Positions 1 through 12,463 of a stretch of 64,000 nt of DNA are shown one piece after another. The notes below the pieces were generated by a model. The model saw only the letters and a program-made list of their open reading frames with translations. It was not told where the DNA came from and ran no database searches. The stretch lies in the NCBI GenBank assembly GCA_032718475.1, contig JAUCBJ010006694.1, positions 1 to 64,000 on the forward strand, read 5' to 3'. The first letter of the stretch is position 1; the number at the start of each line of letters is the position of its first letter. This stretch comes from Nemertoderma westbladi (lineage: Eukaryota > Animalia > Xenacoelomorpha). The translations under genes and the position numbers were made by a program.

Positions 1-11
1 ATAACAGATAT
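1..11 (+). other. Atypical primer-binding site ATAACAGATAT, complementary to LTR 17232-17242
   Basis: Homologous to the position right after the 5' LTR in B1. No TGG. Exact reverse complement of ATATCTGTTAT in the copy A LTR. Confidence 0.75.
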
Positions 12-371
12 TGCTTCTGGATTGCGGTGTAAGCAATCCAGTCTAAAGTACCGGTACCGGTTGAACGGTAACCTGTACTACTGTAGGCCTGTAGGCCCAA
101 CTGCCCGAACCGGTACTTACGGTACAGGTACAGCAGTATTATTCGATTGTGGTATTGTATACCGGTGGGCTGTTTAAGAGAATAGGGATTGATCACCCCT
201 CATTCTTTTGTATAGTTTACTTATTTCTGCCAGTTTTATTTATTTGTAGGCCAGTATTGAGCAGAAGGCGTGTAAGCGTGCTCAGATTGTACAGATAACT
301 TGTAGGCTTGACTGTTGGCTGACTGTTGATTAGGTCTGAACGGATTGCAGTGCATGTAGAGTGTATGTCCA

Positions 372-772
372 ATAAAGAACGGTTAGGAAGTAGGGGCAGC
401 CATAGCTGTAAGGTAAACCCCCATCTAAAGAATAAGTCGTACTACTGGGTTAGAACGCATACTACTTAACCATTTCGGAGTCTGCATGTCCTGTGGTTTA
501 TTTAGGCTTGATAGTAGTTTGCCAGCGTTTGGTCTGTACTTTGTTTGTGTAGCCTGTACGGGTAGCGTATAATTTATTTAGATAATTTGTAGGCTGGATA
601 GTTGTCTGGCTGTTGTTGGGTTTGAGGAAATTTCGGTGTGTGTGAAGCATCTGTCCGATAAAGAACGGTTAAGAAGTAGGGGCAGCCATAGCTGTAAGGT
701 AAACCCCCATCTAAAGAATAAGTCGTACTACTGGGTTAGAACGCATACTACTTAATCATTTCGGAGTCTGCA
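372..772 (+). repeat. Tandemly duplicated 5' UTR module (period about 286 bp; near-identical cores 372-486 and 658-772)
   Basis: ATAAAGAACGGTTA...GGAGTCTGCA occurs twice. An equivalent duplication is in B1 at about 29600-30006. Confidence 0.85.
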
Positions 773-1743
773 CATACCGTAGTTTGTTTAGGCTTGATAG
801 TAGTCTGTCAGTATTTGGTCTGCATTTTGTTTGAATGGTTTGTACGCATAGCGTAATATTTATTATTCAGAGTTTATGCGATTATTCACAACATTCATAT
901 CCCCAAGTTTATTCCTACAGTAATTGTGTTTGTTATACATACCGTTATAGTTAAACTAACCCCGGTACTACATCAGGGCTGCTCGGCGTAGGTAAAGACT
1001 GGTGATTTTGTGCACCGGTCACTCCAGCAGATGCCGTGGTTCTTTTAGCTGTTCAAGTATTTTAACTACTGATTATTTGTTATACAAGTACTTGTACCTA
1101 ATTTAGGGTTTAGTGTACAGTGCTTTCCGAAAGCAATTAGTGTGTAGGCAGTGTATTTGTGTTGTAAAGTGGTTAATAGGCACGTTGGTTCTGGTAGACC
1201 TCGGTAATTAACTTCTAGGTAGGGACACTCCGTGATACATAACGTAGTACCTATAGCGATACGGTTATAGGTCGTCAGGCGGTGGTATTTTCCTATCTGG
1301 ACAACACAGTATATTTACTACTACTTATTATTTTCAAATACCGTAGTAACCTGTCCGTTGTAATAACCAGATATTCTAACCCTTTGTTAGGCTGGTTAGT
1401 AGACTTCTTGTAAAATTACCCTAAAAATTTGTATTTGTGTATTTGTAATTAAATTTTTGTGTTTATTTAGAGATTGTAATCTCAACCCGAATTGTACGTA
1501 ATTTGTAGTATTAAGTAACTTAGGTAAATTAGAATTATTTGTTTTAGTATCTAACAAGTAGCACTCCACTGAGAGCGCACAGCTTATGTGTAGTGACTCC
1601 CCCAGAAATAATAACATTTATTTCAAACATTGACAAACCCATTAAACGGGTATATATATATTATAAATCAACTCAAACGATTTATAAATAGTAGGCCTGC
1701 CATACAACAATTAGGTCTCAATATCAGTTGGACTACTGCTTAA

Positions 1744-3127
1744 CCCTATTACCACTGGGGTGTTTTGACCATTAGCACCACTGGGGGGGGGGCCGATTCG
1801 GCCCACCCACTATATTTTTGTAGTCGTCCAATGAAATCCTACAAAATTTGGGCTGTTGGTGAAACAACTATAGATGAACACTACCAAACCTTAAAAAATT
1901 AAAATTTCATAAGCAGGGTCTCATAATTTTGATGAAAAATAAAAGTAGTCCCAGGACAAAATTACAAAATTTTTCGTTTTCTAAAAACTAATAGTGTGGC
2001 AGTGTTGGATAGATTTAGTAGGTTTTTCAAGACGCTGAATCGAATGTGATTATATTCCACTTCCAAAAATTGAAGTGGATGCTATTTTTCGTGCACCTAA
2101 GAAGTGGGCGTGGCACTTCAAATTTTGAAAAATTAGATATTCAGAAAATGCCCCTAATTTTTTTATTTCAACGCATCTTTATGGGTTTTCTGGGCCGCTG
2201 AATCGATTGAAAGTAATATAGAAGCCTGAAGACTGAGTGGTTCGCCATTTTTGGTGCACCAAAATTAGGGCGTGGCACTTCAAATTTTGAAAAATACGAG
2301 ATTCGGAAAATAAACCAAAATTGAAATTTTAACGAATTTATATAGGTTTTCGAGACCGCTGAATCGATTGAAAGTAATATAGATGCCTGAAGACTTAGAA
2401 GTTAGCCATTTTTTGAAATCAAAACTTTAGTGTTTTTTCCGAATAAAGTAATTTTAAAATTTTGAAGTGCCACGCCCTAATTTTGGTGCACCGAAAATTA
2501 CGTACACAAAGGAATGGAGGCTTCTATATTACTTTCAATCGATTCAGCGCTCCAGAAAACCTATAAAATTAATTTGAAATCAAAACTTTAGTGAATTTTC
2601 CGAATCTCGTATTTTTCAAAATTTGAAGTGCCACGCCCTAATTTTGGTGCACCAAAAATGGCGAACCACTAAGTCTTCAGGCTTCTATATTACTTTCAAT
2701 CGATTCAGCGCTCCAGAAAACCTATAAAAATGCTTTGCAAATCAAAACTTTAGTGTATTTTCCGAATCTCGTATTTTTCAAAATTTGAAGTGCCACGCCC
2801 TAATTTTGGTGCACCAAAAATGGCGAACCACTACACTTACATACTTGTATAGAACATTAGAGTGATCCAAACCAATAAAAATAAATAAAAATAGCCCAAA
2901 CATAAAAAATTACTAAATCACGAATGACTTTGTAAAATTCGAAAATTTCAAAAAATTTGGTGCTGGAGACCAAATTTTGAGGTGGCACCCACATCGAAAA
3001 GTAGAAATCCAATTGCAACGGCGTTTTTTGCAAAAGATGCGGCATTAAATTTGGCTAATTCTCACAAAAAATTGGGCCGGTACGTAATGTGGTTGCATAG
3101 TTACAGCAACTAATACAGCTAATAGGG
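1744..3127. mobile_element. Non-autonomous piggyBac-like element (TTAA target) inserted in the copy A 5' UTR
   Basis: TTAA|CCCTATTA...TAATAGGG|TTAA. B1 has the empty site (GCTGCTTAAATAACGG, about 30945-30960). Internal repeats of about 160-180 bp occur in direct then inverted orientation. No ORF. Confidence 0.85.
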
Positions 3128-3592
3128 TTAAATAACGGTAATAAAGTAAGTTAAAGTAACCAAGTAACCCTTAAAATTCAGAAATTCAATTATTCTAAAA
3201 TAATTGATATACCGGTATTTACAATAGGCTTATTATCTTTATTTTCATAAACTTAAGCTAAAATTACCTACCAGTATTCTGTAATTAATTCTAGTCTGTA
3301 ATTATACTTATATATATACATTATAAGCGTAAACTGCATACCGGTATTCACGATAGGCCTATTATATATTTATATATATTTGTGCTAAAATTACCTACCG
3401 GTATTCTGTGATAAACTAGTCTGTAATAATACTTATATATACTATAAGCATACCGGTATTCTAATATTATATATATCACGCTACACTGAGTAGCAGTATC
3501 GGTAATTAATTACTAGGCTAGCAGTTAACACTGAATTACTAGACTTGCTTAGACTGTAATATAGCAGTAGGCATTCAACTGTGTAAACAAAC

Positions 3593-6500
3593 ATGTCCGA
3601 TACTAAGCAGAACCTGTCAGACAGTTTATTAGATGTAACTATCTGCGACTCAGATAGAGGTGTAGAACCGTCTAGTCCTAAGTTCAGTTCACCTCCCACT
3701 GTGAGGAAGGTCATCCCTCCAGTAGTAATAACAGAACCTAGGCTAGTCCAACATCGTAGGTCTATCATAGGCACTCGAGCTCAGGTCAAGCGGGACCAAG
3801 AAGCAGCGGAACAGCAACAACCTGCGAACCAAGAACTTATTTCTCAGCGGCCCGACAGCTCCAGTAGTGAAGATACTGTAGAGCTGACACCCGAGCGCGG
3901 AGCAAGGATGACGGATGCGGTTTATTTGGATCCCCTTCTCATCCTTCCTGCAGCCGTACTCACTAGGTTATTGATCGCTGTGGAAGAACACCAGATCGAT
4001 TGGGCGAGAAATAAGCGAGCAACTAAAGATAGTTATGAGGGATACACAAGGGAAGAGCTGAAGTCTATGGTCGAGTCGCAATGGAACTTCCCCGGACCCG
4101 GACTCCCATTTGATTTATCAGAAGCTGCCTGGGAAGACATACACCGAATGGGAGTAGCCAAGGAAACCATCGATCCAGCTGTGTGGAAGAGGTCCGCAGC
4201 CGGATACGCACAGGGATTCTTCAGCTCTATGGAGCGAGTAAAAGAACAACTGTTTCAACAACCTCAAGGACCTCAAGAGCAGGGACAACTGCTTTATCAA
4301 GTTAGAGAAAGAATTCTGCGAATCAGGCTAATATTATCAGCCTTTGAAGAGGCTTCTAAAAGAAGACAAGACACGTCGTTGCAAGTTGCCGTAAAGACTT
4401 GGTTTCAACGGGTGAGTCGCCAGGTTCAAGGAACAGCTCAGTGGAAAGCTCAGCTGGAGGAGCGCTCAACTCATGGAGAATCAACAGACGCTACTTTTTC
4501 CCAAGTGGAAAGTGAAGCGACGGCAGAGAAACCACATAAGAGGGATGCCATTGACATCTATCTGTCAGACTATCAACGTTTTTTGGGAGACGAAGAGTTG
4601 AGGAGAAGGCTAGAGGGACTTAGCCCTAATAGTGAAGGAGCACAGCGTGTGCTTGACGCCATTGACGTGGATAGGTTAGCGGCGAACCAAGCTAAATGCG
4701 ATGAACAACTCCGCATCGCTAAGGTTCAAGAAGAACAAATAAAGAAAAAACGTATAGAAGACAGAAAGATAGCAGCAGTAGCAGAGGCAGAGGCAAAAGC
4801 GGCAGCGGCAGAAGCAAAAGCGGCAGCGGCAGAGGCAAAAGCGGCAGCGGTGGCGGAAGCAGAACGGAGAGCGGCTGAAGAGATCGCCCAACTAGAGTTG
4901 GAAAATCTTCAAGAGAAGTAAGACGACTTCAGTAAACAGTTAACAGCTAGTAATATGCAGATGATGAATCGATCTACTCCCAAAAGACAGGGTTATACAT
5001 CATCTGAGGAAGGCGATACCACTGATCCTGAAGGAGGAGGAAATCGATCTCGCCTAAGCAGACGTAAAAGAACATCCCACCGTCAGAAATTGCCTGATTT
5101 GCCTCCAGCTGTTAGAAGGCAACTAAATAACACCAACTTAGGTAGTACAGAACCCACAGACCATATAATTACAATAGAGAGACTCCCTACTATAGCAGAT
5201 GAGCCTGAAATAATTAGGCCTGTTCCCGAAGCCACCCTTTCGGTGGTAGAGACACCTGTACTCCATGAACCTACCTCTAAATTCCCTTTGCACAGTACCA
5301 AGTTACCTGTGCCCAGAGGAACAGCCCTTGAAACCGTGTCGGTCCTGGACTCCGAGCGAAACATAAAGGATATATCGCCCGTAGTCCCTCGTCTGCCCGC
5401 TACTACGTTGGCGGATCCCGCTTCGGCGGTTGATTGGGTGGACGAGAGACGGCGGGGGATGGACATTCTCCTCGGAAAGATGGAGGAGAATCAGGTACGC
5501 TCCTCCCAACAGGTCCGAGAGTTAGAAGGGACTGTTCAACAGTTAAAGGGAACCGTAAAGGAAAGTAGGTTAGAGTTGCAGGAAGTGCAGCAAAATATCG
5601 CGCTAGAACGTGATAAATTAGTAAATTTACAAAAGGGTATACCACCACCTCTTGTAACAATGTGTCAACCTGTTAGGTCTGAAGTATCTCATGCGCAAGG
5701 TGTGGAGCCTACACGCATCTATACTGCTAGCGAAGTAGAAACTCCTATAGTGAACCCTATTAAGGGTAATTATAGACCTGTTGATAATGATATTCCCTAT
5801 AGACCGGATCATAATCCGAGAAATTTATATACCGATAACTCGATATTAAATAACACGATGGCCCAAGAAAGTTTTACGCGTCAAATGGCTAGAACCGAAG
5901 CCCGGCAAGCGGTAAAGGTGGGAGAGATCGTCAAGTTCAATGGAGATGAGATGAAATGGTTACCTTTTAATGAATATTACAAAGATAACATACAGAACTC
6001 TGTGCTATCTAATGGAGAGAAACTTAGATTCCTCATCGAGTGCTTGGAAGGATCTCCCAAGTTAATGGCGTTAAAGTTTATTGGACATCCTGACGGATTA
6101 AGACAAGTTTGGGATACACTAAACATCAGGTATGGTAATGGGAATAACATAGCTGGTTATTTATATGCAAAGTTGGTAGCGCCCCGAAAGTTTATTAGCA
6201 GCGGAATTATAGAGTTTTCCGATGAAATTCAGGAGATCTGCAGACAATTAGATTGGCTAGGTAAGTCTCATGAGTATCAGAATGCTATGGTTATTAGAGC
6301 AGTGGCTTCTACTTTACCGAAGGGTGGAGTAGGTACACGCTGGGATAAGAAAGTGTTATATATGATGGAACAACAACGACGAGACCCTACCATGGCTGAT
6401 CTCATGTCATTCCTAGATGGAGAAGTGAAATTACAGCTCCTGAAACTGTCCAGAGAGAAGACACCGGAAAACAAGGTAAGTGAAAAACCCGTCTCTAGGA

Positions 6501-9500
6501 GAAAGGTAACACCAGTGTGTTATACAGATGATGGCGAAAGCCAGACTTCTCAAGGAGAAGATAGCGGGAAAGACACTGATAGATCTTATTACGTAAATAA
6601 AATGCCTAAAGATCAGGTAAGTAAATTCAAGTCTCGAACCCATGACAGGAGAGAACAGGTAAGAAAAACTCCTCCTATGTCTCCCAAGAGAATTCAGGTG
6701 AGAAAGCCCGAAGAAAAAACAAGTGTACACAATGTTACTCAGAGTAAGGTGAGTAACATCAAACCGAAATGTGCGCTATGTGATGGGACCCATCGCTTAA
6801 ATATGTGTGATGAATTTCTAAAGAAATCATTAACTGAGAGACGTGAAGTCATGTGGGAGAAGCGGTTGTGCTATAATTGCCTCAGACAAGGACACCAACG
6901 GCGAACCTGTTACTCTGACACAAGATGTGCCAAGTGCGGTGCGAAACATCATATCTTGTTGGACACTGAATTCGAGCGAAATAGTCCGAGTCAGGTAAGT
7001 GATTCCGAACTACATGTCCAATTCAGTGATGTGAACGACACTGATCAATCTGAGATGGAAGGATTCTATATGGACGAGTTCTCCGACGAAAACGAATCCT
7101 GTTACATGATAAATACCACAGTGTATCGAGCACTCATCTATGAAAAAGATACAGACATTGACCTCGCTCTAACCACTTCTGATCGACAACCATTTTGGAA
7201 AGCGCCAACTTCCAATGTAGGGATTAGAGAATTTCCTGTGGTACAGGTAAGGGTCCACGGACCGAAAAGGAGTTATGTAGTGAACGCCCTCCTTGACTCC
7301 GGTAGTACAGGAACATTCATCGACAAAGAGCTAGCCGAAGACATATTCGATGGACAACCCAAGTTCCGAACTAAGCTAAACATGTCAGGAATTATGCAAG
7401 TTTGGAAATCCACAGTAACAGCGGATTATTATGTAGGTGCGTTGTCCACCCCCCAGGACGAACTAGGAGAACATAGCATAAGGTCAGTGAAAATGGTGGC
7501 TATAAAGAACTTCGCTACTACTCAAGCAGACCTTTATAATTGGGACGAGGATGAGAGCATCCAACATCTTAAGATACCTCGATTCCAGACAGATTATCCT
7601 GGAGTGCAAATACTCATCGGCCAAAACGCGCATGAGGCGCTTGAGACATTAGAGAAACGGCCTGCTCAACCGCAGCCACTACAGACTTATGCGGTAAGAA
7701 CTAGAGTAGGTTGGTACTTTACTGGCCCTTCCCGTAGAACTCTCATAGAAAGATTACCGAAAGATCAAGTATATCAAGCGCGAGAATGGGAAGTTGAGAA
7801 CAGTGAGTTCGACGATCCAACTGAGGGAACTCCATACTCCTCAGACAACGACGATATACATCAACTCTTCGATGAGGAGAATGCCATCGATCTCCTTAAG
7901 GAAAGCGAGACTTGGCAAAATCAAGTGAACTTATGTCAACTCCTTCTCCCATCCGAGCGAGACGACTATAACGATGAGCTTAATGACGTCATTGAACGTT
8001 ATAATGCCAAGACTCGGGATGAACACGCCGTGAGATTCTTTACTCAAGAGGTCGTAGAGCCCAACTCCTACGATAAGGCCCTATCGGTGGAGGAAGAAAG
8101 AGCCAAGCAGATCCAAGCGACAACTACTCGTTTTCTTAAAGATCAAGGTAGGTATGAGATCGGACTTCCTTTCCGAAAGCGAGAACCAAAGTTCATTAAC
8201 AACAGACCTTTGGCAGAGAAAAGAATTGCTCAATTACATCGACGCCTTACGGCAAATTCTTCAGCTAAAGAAATGTATAAAACACAGTTGAAGAAGTTTA
8301 TTAGCAAGGGATATGCGGAGCTAGTACCGGAAGAAACCCCTATAACTGAGAGAACGTATTACTTAACTCACCATTACATTCCCAAACCCGGTAAACCCCA
8401 TGAAGTACGAGTGGTGTTTGACGGTTCCGCCCTTTATATGGGCCAATCTCTTAATTCTGAATTGTTACCCGGACCCAACTTACTCCAATCCTTGTTGGGA
8501 ATACTACTAAGGTTAAGACAATACTCCATTGCTTTCGCCTCAGATATAGAAGGCATGTTCTTACAAGTCAAAGCGCTGGATAGGGATCGAGATAGCCTAC
8601 GATTTTTGTGGTGGCCTGAAGGAGACCTCAATAAGAAACCGGTGGAGTACTGGATGACCATCCAAGCTTTTGGGATAATCTCGAGCCCTTCAAACGCCTG
8701 TTCCGTGGTGCGCACCACTGCGGATGACAACCGAGACGCCTTCTCAAAAGAAGTGATCGACAATATCAAACGAGACATCTACATGGACGATAATCTGAAG
8801 TCCCTTCCATCAGTCGAAGAAGCCATTGAGGTCGCTAAAGGAACGGTAGAATGCTTAAAAAGAGGTGGATTTCGATTAACTAAATTCACCAGCAACTCCC
8901 GTGAGTTTCTGGAGTCGATCCCGGTAGAAGATCGAGGAGCAAAAGACCTAGATCTAATAAAGGATGATCTCCCAGAAACTAAGACCCTTGGTTTGAAATG
9001 TTGCGAGTAAATCGAAATTATTCAAACCCACAGTAGATCTGTCTGTACTACATACTTCCGGAGACGAAGCTTTGGATCAGAAACCCACAGCCACAAATAA
9101 ACTCGTTGTGGAAATCCGTGATAAGGATTGGAAATCTGGTATACCTGACATCTCGCAAGGACTCTCACCTCTTCTGCAGAGAGCGATACATCACTACAGT
9201 TCTTGGAATCGGCTTTGTAAGGCCGTTACATATTTAAAGAGATGTTTTCACCATCACTACTCTGGGATGAAAACAAAGGGTGATACCGCTCCAATTACAT
9301 CAGTGCAGGTCCATGTTATTAAAGACCTCCCTAAATATAAGGTACCAGACAAGTTTCTGAAGGAGAAGATCAGTTATCAGGAGCATGAAGAAACCAACAA
9401 ACAGATGCTGAGACTCTTACAATGCTATGAAGATTCCGATAAGTATTTCCTGTTGTTGAGAAATCCACAGATGCGCTTAAGGGATCGTTTCTCTAGCACA

Positions 9501-10832
9501 ATGATAGATGGGTTGATACGTGTTGGAGGAAGGTTAACGAATGCCCCATTATCCTTTGATACTAAGTTCCCCATACTCATTAGAAATCTTGAAATACAAG
9601 TCAAGATGATTGTAGATGTTCACAGCAAACTTTATCATGCTGGTAGAGAACGAGTTCTTAGCGAAATTCGAACTCGCTATTATTTTTATAAACCCCGTAG
9701 AGCTCTGAACCAAGTTCTTAGGAACTGTATACCCTGTAGGAAAGCATTCAGTAGGCCTTTAACACAGAGAGAGGCAGAATTACCTAGGGAACGAGTAAGC
9801 TTTTATGAACCACCCTTTACTAATACCGGTGTGGATTTATTTGGCCCTATTGAAGTATATCGTGCTAGGACTATAGTCAAGAGATGGTGTGTAATCTTTG
9901 TTTGTATGACTTGTAGAGCCATCCATCTCGATATGGTGAACGATTTATCTACCAACAGCTTTCTATTAAGCTTACGACGACAGATCGCTCGCTTTGGCAC
10001 TAGTAACACGACGAGATCTGATAAGGGAACAAACTTCATTGGTGCCAACAATGAAATCAAAGCTTACGTCAAAGATTGGAACCAAAGACAGGTGGACGAC
10101 CAACTACGAGTAACAGCGTCTAGTTGGACCTTCAACGCCGCCGACGCCCCTTGGTGGGGAGGAAGTTGGGAGAGATTAATAAGAAGTGTGAAGACGGCAT
10201 TTCATTTTATAGTGCCTTGTCGCGCTTATCTCACCGACGAACTTTTGCGGACGTTAATGGAAGAAATCGCCGCCTATCTCAACGAGAGACCGCTTATGCC
10301 AGTCTCATCGAGTCCCGATTCCCTTGAAGCGCTAACACCCGCGCACTTCCTACTGAAGAAACCTGTAGCCATGCTCCCACAATCGGAAATCACAGACGGA
10401 GACGAATACTGCCGACAAACTTGGCAACTCATGCAGTTGTTATCCCGTCGTTTCGCTGACCATTTCGAAAAACATTATCTGCCCACGCTACAACTTCGAA
10501 CTAAGTGGTTTGCGCAGCAAGAAAACGTCAGCGCTGGAGACATGGTGCTTATTGTGGATGTAGATCTTCCACGTAAGCGGTGGCAGACAGGTCGTATCAT
10601 CGAGACACACATCTCGGATGACGGTTTGGTGCGATCGGTAGAACTCGTCGTCATGCAACGTAACTTCAAGAAACCGGGAATTGTCTTCGAGACGCAGCAG
10701 CTCAATCGCCCGGTGGGTCGTTTATGTTTACTGGAAAGAGACAGAGAACTCTCCGGAAACTATGGGAGACAAGATACTCTTCCCACGACCACCTCCCTAA
10801 TCCAACAAACATCTAGGGACTCCCCAACTTAA
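3593..10832 (+). pseudogene. BEL/Pao gag-pol polyprotein of copy A, disrupted
   Basis: ORFs 3593-4921 and 4955-9010 are in the same frame, split by TAA where other copies have CAA. Knuckles CALCDGTH/CYNCLRQGH/CAKCGAKHH, protease LLDSGS, RT YMDD. A deletion of about 0.84 kb at ~9000 (vs copy B2) removes RNase H and shifts frame. Integrase in 9072-10832 (HHCC, GVDLFGP, SDKGTNF, WWGGSWER). Confidence 0.92.
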
Positions 10833-12463
10833 CAACGGCTGGAGTGGGTGTGTGACCATATTACTTTATATTTGTATTAGTTTTATTTTTATATTTATGT
10901 ATGTATTATTATGTAATTTTATTTTAATCGTTTTATTTAATTTTATTTAGTAGTATGGTATTTTAGAGATTATTTAGTAGATTAGTGCAATATATATGCG
11001 CGTTTATTATTTAATTACGTATATTATATATTTAGTGCGACGGCGAGAAATATTTCTTTTTCTCTTTCCTTACTGTCTGTATTACATTATAAATACGTGA
11101 CTACAGTAAGATGAAATGTCCGTACTTATTAAAGTACAATAAAGCCACTACTATATTTAAGTATTATTGGTAGGCAGAGTATTAGGAATGCAAAGTTCAG
11201 ATCCTCGTGTCTCGGCTAAACCAAGCTCTGGGTAGACCTTGGAAACGACTTGCCTCTTCACACTGACATTGCTTCGTGCGATATTGCTCTCATACCGTAT
11301 ATTAAATAATACATATAGTAGCGTGATGTCCCTTTAACAGTAGCGTATAACGCAAAATAAATCTGTTAAACCCTTTGACCATCTGTAATTCTAGTCGATT
11401 AAGATATCGCGGCACCCACCGATATACTTGAAAGACAAATTTCTAGAATCAATGGTTAACGTCCCCAGACAAGTTCTGGAATAAACTGGTGCCCATCATA
11501 AATATTAATTATTAATATTTACAAAAATCTGTCAAATATCAGATCCTTTAACAATTCTAGTCGATTAAGATATCGTAGCACTTACCGATATTCTTAAAGG
11601 GACAAAATTCCTAGAATCAAGGATCCCAGTCCCCAGACACGTTCTGGAATAAAATTGTGTCTATTTAACATTAAATAATAAAATTTACGGGAATAAATTT
11701 AAATTCAGATATTTCAATGAATTTAATAAATTGTCATTTTATACAATTTATAACATTCCCAAAATTCCATTAATTAATAGATCATGGGAGCGGAGATTCA
11801 CTCTATTAAATGTATTTGTGTGCGAGATAGTCAATAGCCGATAAAATTCATAGAATCATGTATAAAGGGGATATTGACCATTAAAGAATTACTATTAAAT
11901 AGCATCCCAGATCTGTATGCATGAGAATTACCCTAATTCTACCGCTAGCTTTCCATAATGTCACCATGGCAACAACCACGCTAGAATTAGAAGTGAGTTA
12001 AAAGAACAATAGAAAGCATGCCCCATTGAATAGCATAGGGAATAAATAGCGCACTGCTAGTATCCAAGGATACATAATAAATACAGTGACATTCTGGAAG
12101 GTACTGACTAACGGACAAATGGCCCGAATGTGTGCAGTTTGTTGCAGTTGTGTTGAATTTGTGCGTTTGTAGGTGAATGTTACTACTAAGGTGTGTTTAC
12201 AGTAGCGAGTCGCAATTGTGAAAGTAACCCTAACTCTCCAAGAAGAACCTGCAGTACATCTAAGCCTTTGGGACGGACAGTTAAGTGACTTGTGCCGGTT
12301 ATCGTTGTCGTTGTGTAGCTACATCGTTGGCGAAAGCACAGCGACGACGGTACATCGGCGCTGAGGATCTTACACTGTCCGGGGGCAAAAGAGGGGTAGG
12401 CAGCGACGCCCGCTAGCCTAATATATATAGACTCATTATAATATTGATAAACTCATAGCAGAT

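Noticed and set aside
372-772. CRISPR-like array
   Set aside because: Only two long units, no repeat-spacer pattern, eukaryotic retroelement context.
4919-4921. Programmed stop read-through between gag ORFs
   Set aside because: B1 and B3 have CAA here; a simple nonsense mutation. The same holds for the TGA at 51971.
12361-12367. Hammerhead ribozyme core CTGAGGA
   Set aside because: It is CTGAGAA in B2 and B3, and no properly placed GAAA or stems were found.
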